From assembly GCF_001194135.2 (NCBI RefSeq), contig NC_068996.1:33150171-33214170 (forward strand): a stretch of DNA of 64,000 bases, given 5' to 3'. Source of the stretch: Octopus bimaculoides (Eukaryota). Under the pieces are notes generated by a model, which did not search any database, was not told where the DNA came from, and was given only the letters and a program-made list of their open reading frames with translations. The position numbers and the translations under genes were made by a program. Positions 38,626 to 49,799 of the stretch are shown piece after piece (within the stretch, counting starts at the first letter, position 1; each line of letters opens with the position of its first letter).

Positions 38626-39189
38626 TTTCAGTCTAGTACATCTAATCCTCTTTCAGCGCAGATCATCATAATTACCTTATTAGTTCATTTCATTATTCCA
38701 TCTATTTCATTACCTATGTAAACATAGTTTCGTCTTCCATGCTGTATGTTTAAAAAAATAAACGTAAGATCCCTTCACTCGATCCAATTCTCTCTCATTC
38801 TCCTTCTCTTCCACACTCATTTATTATTGTCACTTATTCATTCATTTATCTAATTTTGTCACAGATTGGCTGCCCGAAAACTCTTGGTTATAGCTCTAGT
38901 TGAGATTTTCAAATGCCCAATTCTATCTCCCTATTATCATAATATTCTCTGACACTGGCAGACTTAGTCTCTGCTGTTTCGCAGTGCAGCCACCCTCCCA
39001 CCTCCACCACCTGTACTGGAAGTCTCTATCCTTTGACCTCTATTGGATGTCTCCTATGAACACTTCTAAAGGCTTAATGCTTCCCCATCCCTACTTAGGG
39101 TTTATCTCCTACGTAAGGTAGTGATCATGTTGTGCATAAAAATGATGGTGTGGTGTATGCAGGTTGAAGACTATTGTACATACATGAAT

Positions 39190-41390
39190 TCTGCTAAATG
39201 CGAGCTTTCTTTTCAGGTACATGACACTGCTCTCCCCCATCCCAGGGTCTCACAGGCCCACACCTCCCACACCCTTAGGGTTGGCACACTCGACATGGGT
39301 ACACTAAAAGGTAGGTCTGATTTGAGATGCTTGAACGGAGACATGTAGATTTGTGCTGCATCCAAGAAGTAAGGTGGAGAGGAGGTTCTGCTAGGTGATA
39401 CATGAAGGAGTCATACCATAGTCAACTGCTACAAAGGTAAAGGTGACGTTTCAGATACAAAAATTTACAGAGATATCAAGTTTTTGAATCAGGTAACGAA
39501 GGTCACGGAGAGGGTCAAAGCCCAACTAATTAGGGGGAGGGTCAGTTTAGATGAGATGAAGTTTGGGTTCGTGCCAGGGAAAAGCACTACTGATGCTATA
39601 TTTCTGGTAAGACAGCTTCAGGAGAAATACCTGGCCAAAGATAAACCTCTGTACCTGGCTTTCGTTGACATGGAGAAAGCCTTTGACAGGGTCCCCCGAT
39701 CCCTCATCTGGTGGTCAATGATGAAATTAGGGATAGAAGAATGGTTAGTGAGTGCTGTGCAAGCCATGTACAGAGACGCTGTCAGTAAGGTGAAGGTTGG
39801 CAATGAGTACAGTGAAAAATTCCGGGTAGAATTCTACCAAGGATCAGTCCTCAGCCCCCTCTTATTCATCATAGTCCTCCAGGCAATAACAGAGGAATTC
39901 AAGACAGGATGCCCCTGGAAGCTCCTCTATGTTGATGACCTTTCTCTAACAGCTGAGTCACTATCAGAACTAGAGGGGAAGTTTCAGGTGTGGAAGCAAG
40001 GATTAGAATTGAAGGGCCTTAGAGTTAACCTAGCTAAAACCAAAATCTAAATAAGTAGGAAGGCAGACAAACCACAAATCCCTTCAGGTAGATGGCCCTG
40101 CTCGATCTGTAGAAAAGGCGTAGGTAGAAACTCCATAAGATGTACCCAGTGTAAGCTATGGACACATAAGAGGTGCAGCAATATCAAAGGAAGGCTAACT
40201 AGGAAGATAGTTTTTGTATATGGCAGATGCTCAGGAGCAAAAACACTGAAAATGTGCAGGGAACAGCTTCCATCACATTCTAGGAGGAAAAACTACAAGT
40301 CGTTGATAGCTTCTGTTACCTAGGTAACCAAGTCAGTAGTGGAGGTGGATGCTCTGAAAGTGTAGCTGCTAGAATAAGAATAGCTTGGACAAAGTCCAGA
40401 GAGCTCATACCTGTGTTGGTGACAAAGGGCCTCTTGCTCAGAGTAAAAGGTAAACTGTTTGACTCATGTGTGTGAGCAGCCATGCTACATGGCAGTGAAA
40501 CATGGGCTGTGACTGCTGAGGACATTTATAAGCTTGCAAGAAATGAAGCCACTATGCCCTACTGGATGTGTAATGTCAGAGTGCATACATGACAGAGTGT
40601 AAGTGCCCAAGCATCAGATGTGGTGTGCAAGAGAGACAACTGCGCTGGTATGGTCATTTGGCGAGAATAGATGAGGATAGCTGTGGGAAAAAGTGTCACA
40701 TTCTAGCAATTGAGGGAACCTGTGGAAGAGGTAGACCCAGGAAGACCTGGGATATGAGGTGGTGAAGCACGACCTTCGAACATTAGGCCTCACTGTGGCA
40801 ATGACTAGTGACTGAGACCTTTGGAGATATGCTATGCTTGAGAAGACCTGACAAGCCAAGTGAGACAGTAACTGTGGCCTATGTCAGTGCTGTATAACCA
40901 GTCCATTTAAGAGTACCTTTCAATCATTGGACAATAAACTACACTTGCGAAGACCTGTTCAGGCAAGTGAAATCATTTTCTTGGCCAATGACAGTACTGC
41001 TTGATTGGCACCCATGCCAGTGGAACATAAAAAGCACCATTCGAGCATGATCGTTGCCAGCATTGCCTGACTGGCTCCTGTGCCAGTGGCATGTAAAAAA
41101 CACCATTCAAGCATGGTCATTGCCAGTGCAGCTGGACTGGCTCTTGTGCAGGTGGCACGTAAAAAGCACCATTTTAACGTGGTCGATGCCAGTACCCCTG
41201 ACTGGCCCTTGTGCCAGTGGCACATAAAAGCAGCCACTACACTCTCGGAGTGGTTGGCATTAGGAAAGGCATCCTGCTGTAGAAACTTTGCCAGATCAGA
41301 TTGGAGCATGGTGCAGCCTTCTGGCTCGCCAGCCCTCAGTCAAACTGTCCAACCAAAGCGGACATTAAACGACAACGATGATGATATGAC
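39190..41390 (+). mobile_element. RTE LINE with most of the endonuclease deleted, relatively well-preserved RT and 3' UTR array
   Basis: The APE start (VGTLDMGTLKGR) jumps to RT near 39395. A 188-aa open frame at 39484-40050 contains GFVPGKSTTDAIF, AFVDMEKAFDRV, QGSVLSPLLF and LYVDD. The tail is near 41370-41385. Confidence 0.92.
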
Positions 41391-41479
41391 AAAAAAAAGA
41401 ACATTACAAGTAATAAGGTATATAAACTAAATAACTAATTCTGGTTTTAAAAAAAAAGCAAGGGTGACAGCCTAGAAAA

Positions 41480-41720
41480 TTTTAAATAACGATTTCTCAT
41501 TTAGGCACAAGGCCAACAATTTGTGGAGAGGGATAAGTGGTTTAAAGCGGCCCAGTACATTACTGGTATTTTACTTTATCGATTCTGTAGGGATGAAAGG
41601 TAAAGCTAACCTCAGTAGGATTGAATTTAGAACATAATGGACCATAACTCTATGCTGCAAGGCACATTGCCCAATATTTAGGCACAAGGCCAGCAATTTA
41701 AAGGGAAGGGGAAAGTCGAG
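41480..41720 (-). mobile_element. SINE fragment(s)
   Basis: aggcacaaggcca...gatgaaaggtaaagctaacctc is the reverse complement of the type at 49315-49490. The aggcacaaggcca segment occurs twice. Confidence 0.55.
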
Positions 41721-42279
41721 TAAACTGACTCCCATTACTAGTACAAAACAACAAACTCTGGGGAATTCATTATTGTTTTGACTGACACAAATTGTAAATC
41801 AGCATGACAAAAAAAAAAACATGACAGGAATGGGAAGAAAACCTGAAGTGTTCTATTTCTTTTCATAACGCTTGGAAGGAAAATATTTATCCACAATATA
41901 TGTAGCCAACATTCATGCATATGAGCCTTCAATATTTTAGGGCAAAGATCAATCATTTCAAGACACAACATATCTACTTCAGGACACATAGAAAACAAGG
42001 AAATTACTGTCAGAAAATATACTTTGCAATGACCCAGAGGCTATAAAAACTGCCCCAGTCTGTAACATACACACGAGTTTACTGCTACTCCACACTGTAG
42101 TCAGCAAATTTACATTTTCAATTTCTCTACGATTTCTCTATCAATCACCAACACAAATTCTACACAAACTAAGAACTTCAATGACAAACTTTTTATCCTT
42201 GCAGGACAAGCTTTTTACAGAATAAGCATTTAACAACATCAACACAACTCAAGTAATTTCTCTTTGAACTTTTTTCATA

Positions 42280-43980
42280 TCATGGCAGAGAAAAGAGTAT
42301 TTCTATAGAAGAAAAGCAAGCATTTGCTATCATGGTGAACAAATGCAAAGAGGAGTATGATTCTGAATTAGAGCGAATGAAAGGGAAAACTCATTGGGAT
42401 GCTAAAGGAAACGCTATGTCCTAGACACCCCAAAACAGGGATATCTTGCCAAAGCAGTTCGTTTTTTTACTCGAATTTGGCTGGTGTCAAAAACTTTGAT
42501 CAACTATTTGATTCTGCTATTAAAGTAGCCAAATGCTGCTATGAAAAATATCTGAATGGTGAACTTGACAGCGCTGAAAAAAATCCAAAGAAACGTTTCA
42601 AAATTGTTAGAAGAGGTTGTAAAACAAAAGCACCAGGTATGAGAAATGCTTTATTTGAACGGTTTGTGGATGTTAGAACACTGCTGCATGCGAGATTACC
42701 ACAAACTCTTTTCCTATTAAAGGCTGAGAAATTTTGTGAGGGGTGGACTTATCAACTTGCAGACACACAAACTGAGGAAAAGCTTTGTTTTTCAAAAAGC
42801 TAGATGAAAGGTTGGCAAAAAGAGTATGGGGTATCACTGAAATTTCCAAACAAATGCACTTCAATCCCCAAAGAGCAATGTATTGAGTGCATTCCAGATT
42901 ATTTGAAGAACATATTGAGTGTGCATTGTTATTTCCTTGACAAATTTGGTGTAGATCCTCCTACTATCAATGGAGATCAAATGCCCTTGCATCAGAATAA
43001 AAGTAGAAGACAAGCTAGCTTATTCAGAAATCAAGATACGTTTGTCTTGGAAATGTATCACAGTATTCACCCAGGTTAGCAATGATACCAAAATCAATCT
43101 TACCCCAGAGTTTGTATTTAAAGGAACTGGAAAAAGACCACCACTACTGAATGCCCTGCCTAGAATGAGATATCAATGGTCTCCTAAAGGACAGCTGCTC
43201 TGTACTATTGAAAACCTTCCAAACCGAGTCAATATGTTTTCACATGCAAACTTTGCCATTTATATGCTCAATGATTACATGGTGCATTTGATGCCAGAGG
43301 TGAGAAATGCCCTCTGGAAAAGAGGTTATGTGCTAGTCATCATCGGTGTGGTGTCACCGGATTTGTTCAAGTTAACAACACGCACTTGCACAAACAACTA
43401 AAAGCAAAATAGAAAAAGCAAGGAAGCTAGAAAAGTTAGTTCAAACTCTAAATAAAATACCCACGCCCAATCAATCCAAGATGATGCAAATGCTACATCA
43501 AGCACATGCAGATTACAAGATTGATGCTGAAGCTGCTTTCAAGTTGATGTGGGCCACAAATGCTTTCGATCAAATCATGCATCTCGTCGGTCTGTCGGTG
43601 ACAGAGTTTTGTCTAGAGATGATGTCAAAACCCTGCCCAAATACTATTCAGAGAATCATTTAGAACTTAATTCCACCAAAAGGGGTCAAGTGTGCAAACA
43701 ACATTGAAGGCTCAAAACTATTTGATGGTGACGGCATTGAGGGAAAAACTGCCGAAAATAAATCAGAAAATGAAAGCAAGCTATCTGGGAATCTTTTGAA
43801 GGCAATTGACCCATTTGGAGAAATCCCCATGGAGGTTTTGCTGGAGCCAAAGCACAGCCAGCCAAACATGATGATGGGAAGCTCTATCTCTCTTGTAGGA
43901 ATCAGCAGGCGATATTCTTACGGTAGTAGAAAAGGAATTTTTAACTCCTATTTCTAAATTCAGTATGTGGTGAAGCAATT
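42280..43980 (+). mobile_element. Decayed pogo-family (CENP-B HTH + DDE) transposase
   Basis: ALFERFVDVR...ARLP, W-x-KEYGVSL, INGDQMPLH, PEFVFKGTG, YQWSPKG and LNDYMVHLMPEVRNAL..RGYVLVIIG, spread across frameshifted ORFs. TIRs were not identified. Confidence 0.8.
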
Positions 43981-44119
43981 AGTTGACCCCTAATTATAAT
44001 TATGTTTATAATTATAGAATATTTGTGTAAATTTACCTAAAGAGGTTATTTTAACATACCGATCTACTTGGTAAAATTATTAATTAATTAATTTTACCCT
44101 TTTATTATTAATATTGAAA

Positions 44120-44153
44120 TTATATATATATATTATATATATATATTATATAC

Positions 44154-44190
<37 letters not shown>

Positions 44191-44205
44191 CGTGCGAGTC
44201 TGTGT
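44120..44205. repeat. (TA)n(TG)n microsatellite
   Basis: Direct inspection. Confidence 0.9.
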
Positions 44206-44479
44206 AGATATGTATATATTTGAGTTTTGTTGTCTCAATCTATATAATAACTTAATTTGAAAAATTATCAGTGGACCAATTCTGAATTGCTTCATTTTAG
44301 TGCACATTATTGTAGTTAATGTTAAATTTATCATTATATTAGTATCTAATATTAATTACATATCACAAATAAGGTATCTTCATTTTACTAAATAAATATG
44401 TGTATAAACACACTTATTTGATTTATCAATTAATTGATGATAATTATAATAATAATAATGATGATAATAAATAGTTTCA

Positions 44480-45400
44480 TTTAACTTACTAAATAAATTT
44501 AATAACCAAAATAATAATTATTATAGTATTGTACAGTTTATAAATTGTATTCTTAGTACAACAATGTTGTTTGTTAGTTCTGAAAGTATTGATAGAGTTT
44601 GGATATGCACTATGTATGGTCCTTCAATTTGTAAATAATAATATTGATTAGTCATTGAGAACAGTTCTTAATACTTGTTTGATTTATATTATTGATTTCT
44701 ATTGGACCACTAAATTCTACTCTTCCATAATATATGAATAACGATTATTATTGATTTCGTTTTTGGATTGCAAGATTCTTTATGTGAGTTCATGTGTTGA
44801 AGTATATTCTGTTGAGTCTGGGGAGAGTCATTCTCTTTTAGTACCATATAATTTAACACACTGGTAAAATTTCCACTTATTTCTTTTTTATTTTTCTAAA
44901 ATTTTTGTTGCGTCTTGCAACCTTTTCAATAGTTTTGACTCTGTCCATTATTCACACTGCGTTCTTTTTGTTTGTTTGTGTGCATGTGTGTGTGTGTGTG
45001 TGTGTGTGCATACACATGCATGTATATATCATTATTTAAGTAACTTCAAATCTGGTTACCCCTAAAAAATTAGCAAATTTGATTTCCATTACTATAACCT
45101 AAATATGTATCTATGGGGTATTTGGGGTATTGCATTTACAGCCTTAAGTCTATATTAATGTTTATTACGGAATTCTCCCTACAATAAATTAAGTAAACAA
45201 GGAAAATTTTTATTAGGTTTCTATTCATATCTACTATGGAATTATCCCTCCAAGAAAACAATAAATATAGAAGATTAGTATTAGTTAATTTAAACAATAA
45301 TTTTTTTTCTATCAAATAATTTAAATAAATAGAAGAGTTATTGTATTGAAGATTTAATTGTTTATATATTTTTTTGTTGCAGTTCTAAATAGGGAAAGAC
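44480..45400 (-). mobile_element. Possible highly decayed second Penelope-like remnant
   Basis: Only weak minus-strand echoes such as CCTKNTIYKL and KCNTPNTP, in similar AT-rich composition. Confidence 0.25.
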
Positions 45401-45422
45401 ATAGATACTAATTATATACATA

Positions 45423-46652
45423 CAGGGGTTGGACAAAATAATGTAAACGCCTTAAAATTTCAAACAAATTTAATTTTAATATGGGGTAGGACAGCCTTTG
45501 GCAGTAATTACAGCTTGAATTCTATGAGGTATGGACTCATACAAAGTTTGAATTGTTTCCAAAGGAATTTTTGTCCATTCTTCAGCTAAAACAGTCTCCG
45601 GTTCTTGTAGTGATGATGGTGGAGGATATCAACTCTTTACTTGTTTCTCTAAAATGCACCATAAATGTTCAATAATATTAAGATCTGGGGACTGTTGTGA
45701 CCAGATAAGATGTTCAACTTTATTAGAATATTCCTCGTGGCATTCAATAACAACTTTAGCTGTTTGAATTGGTGCATTACCATTCTGAAAGATTACATTT
45801 CCCTCTGGAAACAGTTCCTCAAACATAGGATGAATTTGATCAGATAAAATGCTTAAATAGTCTTCACTATTAATTCTGCCATGAAGGGAAACCATTGGGC
45901 CAGTGGATTTCCAAGATATAGCCCCCAAGATCATCGCAGATCCTCCTCCATGTTTAACGGTTGGAAGAAAGCAGTCTGGGTCAAATGCTTTTTTGGCTGT
46001 CTCCACATGTATACTTGGCCAGTGGTCAGATATAAGGTAAAGGATTATTTGTCCGAGAAAGTAACATTCTACTATTGCTCTAGGGACCAATTCTGTAGGT
46101 CCACTCTAAATGCTTTGCAATGTTTGTTTTTGAAAGTAGTGGTTTTTTGATTGTAGCCCTCCCATGAAATCCAGCTTTGTGCAGCTCCCGGCAGACAGTT
46201 TTTGTGGAAACTGGGTTCTCAAGGTGGTTATTAAGCTCTGCAGTAATTTTGGGAGCATACTTTTGTGATCCTTTCTAACAATTTGCATAAGAGTCTGACA
46301 GTCCCTATCTGAAAGTTTTGGTTTTCTTCTGAAGTTTTGTTTCGACGAGGAGGTTTTTCCCTCTTTCTCATAGGCTGTCATTACTTTTGAGATGGTACTT
46401 CTTGATACACCAAACATTTTGGCTGTTTTTGTTATGCTAGCACCAACAATTTGACTTCTTTGAAAGTCCGCTAGATCTGTCATTGTAATGAATTTTAATT
46501 ACCTTTTTCTGATGATATCTGAAAAGAAACAGCAATTTTAGCAAAACATATTAAGCAACACTAATAATAAATCCCAAAACAAGCTTTTGAGGGTTTTATA
46601 GATATTTCAAAGTTATGATGCTAGGTGTTTCCTTTATTTTGTCCAACCCCTG
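45423..46652 (-). mobile_element. Full-length but inactivated Tc1 element
   Basis: TA-flanked ~30-bp TIRs caggggttggacaaaataa... at both ends. Reads MTDLADFQRSQIVGAS...FGVSRSTISKVM, FSDK, TVKHGGGS, FQNGNAP (second catalytic Asp lost) and SPDLNIIEHLW, with frameshifts. Confidence 0.95.
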
Positions 46653-47499
46653 TATATATACACACCTATTTTATTGTTGTATGTTGTGGTGACAAGGGAC
46701 TCTCTTGGACATGAATGGGTTTCAATTTGTATGTGTTTGAGATGTAATAAAGTGAATTTTGATGGCTGTGGATTGCACTTACTTGGTTGAATTGTCCATT
46801 AGAGTGTTTTTGCTGTCTTTTAATTGTAATTAAAGAAAGAAAAAATTAAAAGAACCAGGTAAGTGGGGATGGAGAAAAGAGAAAATAGAAAAACATTTCA
46901 GTTTTGACAAGGTAGCATCTATAAAAGTATCAAGATGGAAAAAATAAAATAAAACGAGGAAAAGAGAAAGATAAGTTGTAATAAAATAATCATGTGTATA
47001 TACCCATGCCCAGAGAACAGCACTATATAGATATGGAGTGCATAGAGGCCCAATGAGGTGCAGTTTTTGACAAATTTTTCATTTTATATACACCTTGAAC
47101 CAAAGGTTGGAACTTTTGAATTCTTGCAGACATGCCTCGAAAACTAGAATGTCTAATGGGAAAATACCATATAGGTAACATTGATTTCATATTTGAATTT
47201 GATTTTTCACTTTAACTGCCATCACCTTGCATAACATTCATTTCACATTTTCACCTTTCAAAAAAACCTTTGACTGTGTACAAACTACATTTTTTATTTT
47301 TATTTTTTTACTTACATGCTTCCCTTCATAAACCATATGAAAACTTTTTTATATATTGCAATTTTGCCTACAGAACTTTTCAACGATGATTTTAAATGCA
47401 CACTCAAGAAAGAACATCTATCATTGTCCAAATGGATTTTCTTAGTTATTTTATTTTATTATTATTACTATTATTCCAGGTATTATAGTAATAATAATA

Positions 47500-49265
47500 A
47501 AATAAAACCTGGAATCAAAGAGCCTTAACGTTAACTTAGCTAAGACTAAAGTTGTTGTTAGCGCAAAAGGAGATAAGACTCTCATTCTGGCTGGTAAATA
47601 GCCCTGTTCAATATATAGGAAAGGCATAGGACATAACTCCATTTGCTGCACCATGTGTAGGCTATGGACACATAAGAGATGCAGTGGAATTGTAGAAAGG
47701 TTATCAGATAAGGTTGCTTTCATGTATGGCAGATGAACAGGAACAGTAAGTACTAAGAGCACAAAGGACTTAAATTCTCTCAAATGCCCAGGAGGCCTTC
47801 TTGAGGTAATAGATAGTTTCTGCTATTTATGTCACCAAATTAGTAAAGGTAGTGGATGCTCTGAAAGTATTGTTTCTAGAATAAGAACAGGGTGAAGGAA
47901 ATTCAGAGAACTACTACCTCTGTTGGCAGCAAAAAGACTCAGAGTGAAAGGTAGATTGTATGATGCTTCTGAGAGAATGGCTATGTTACATGGTAGTGAG
48001 ACAGGGGCTCTGACTGTGGAGGACAAGCATAGGCTGGAGAGGAATGAAAGTAGTTTGTTCCATTGGCTTTGCAACATCAGTGTGCATGACTGACAAAGTG
48101 CAACTGTGTTGATAGAAAAGTTAGGTATAAGAGGGATTAAATATGGTATGTAGGAGAGGAGAATGCGTTGGTTTGGACATGTGGTGCACATGAGTGAAAA
48201 CATCTGTATACAGAAGTGCCTGTCACTGAAAAGGATGGTGCTTGTGGAAGAGGGAAACCCAGGAAGACATGGGATGAAGTAGTGAGGAATGATCTTAGGA
48301 TGTTGGGGCTCACGGAGGAAATGACAGTGGACGGAGATGTTTGGTAATATGAGGATCTAGAGAAAACCCATCCACGAAACTGAGTGCTAGTTGTGTCCCA
48401 TCCACATGTAACAATACACTTTTCACCCATCCTACCCTAAGAAACTGAACTACAACTGCATCTTTCTCTTCCTCACATTTCCTCTTCATAAACTATGATT
48501 GCTTTCCAATCCCCTTTCTTGCCCTCACTGCTCTGCTCACTGTATCACTGCTCCCCACACCCTATTTTTTTACCCAGGTTCTACACTCATATTCTGAGTA
48601 TACCCTAGCACTACACCATCTCTCTTCCACTTTTGCTGTTTCCCACTCTCTCTCCTCTTGCTTTCCGTCTGACTAGATAACTAAGTATCTCCTTTACATC
48701 TGGCCTCTTTCTTGTAACCCTCTCTCACTGGGTATTTCCTCTATAGCAAGACACCTATTTCTGCCTTGCTATTCCTCTGTTATACTCTAACCTTTCACCA
48801 TCTGATACTGGATCATCTCCTCTAATACCCCCTCTGTTGCAGCAAGACACCTGCTTCTGACTCTCTGTCACACATTAACCTTTCCTCCTCTGACACAAGT
48901 TCCCCTCCTCACATGCCCTTGCCCCAATCATAATTCCTTGTCTTGCGAGTTACTTGGTTACCTTGCTAGTGCTGGTGTCATGCTAAAAAGCATCCAGTCC
49001 ATACTGTAATGTGGTTGGCATTTGCAAGGACATCCAGCTGTAAAAATCATGTTGAAACTAACCTTGCCTGTGCTAGTGTCATGTAAAAAGCACCGAGTAC
49101 ACTCCGCTGAGTGGTTGGTGTTAAGAAGGGCAGCCAACCGTAAAAATCTCTGCCAAAACAGACACAGTAACCTAGGATAGTTTTTCTACCTGGCCAGCTC
49201 CTGTCAACCATCTTACCCATGCATGAATGGCAGGTGGATGTTAAATGATGATGATGATGATGATT
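47500..49265 (+). mobile_element. 5'-truncated RTE LINE, older subfamily with a long pyrimidine-rich 3' UTR
   Basis: LNVNLAKTK, Cys-rich insert remnant, VIDSFCYL and GRGKPRKTWDEVV. The conserved tail and (GAT)n lie at 49245-49262. Confidence 0.8.
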
Positions 49266-49314
49266 ATTACTATTATTATTATATTTATTATCAACTTTAT
49301 TATTATTGTTAACA

Positions 49315-49490
49315 AGTGAGTGAGCTGGTAGAACCATTAATGAACTGGACAAAATGTTTAGTGGTATTTGGCCCATCAATAAGTTCCGATTAAAATTCCT
49401 CTGAGGTCAGCTTTACCTTTCATCCTTTCGGAGTCAATAAAAGAAGTAACAGTTGAACTCTGGGATTGATATGATCAACTTATCCCCCTA
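49315..49490 (+). mobile_element. SINE
   Basis: gtgagctggtagaacc...gaggtcagctttacctttcatcctttcggagtcaataaaa...gatcaactta. Confidence 0.6.
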
Positions 49491-49799
49491 ACCCCCACCT
49501 CTCCCCACTCCTGTTTGCTGCCCTTCTGGCAAAATTTTAAATTATTATTTTTTATCAATATTTTTATAGCACTTCATAAAATGTCTTTATAATGAGATTA
49601 GTACTTTTACACTCACCCAATTCAATGCTCATTGTTGCAGCATGTACATCACTTACCTAACATATATATCTTGGTTAGGCATAAAGAATACTCATATTCA
49701 TATTCCATAAAATAATGTTTAAGTACTTTAATTTTATAATTCATTTTTCTTTAGTTAATCTACATCTCTGAAATTGCATTACTTCATTCCTACTTTTAA

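Noticed and set aside
41010-41235. CRISPR-like regular spacing
   Set aside because: Whole units are degenerate copies with no unique spacers, there are no cas genes, and it lies in a eukaryotic LINE 3' UTR.
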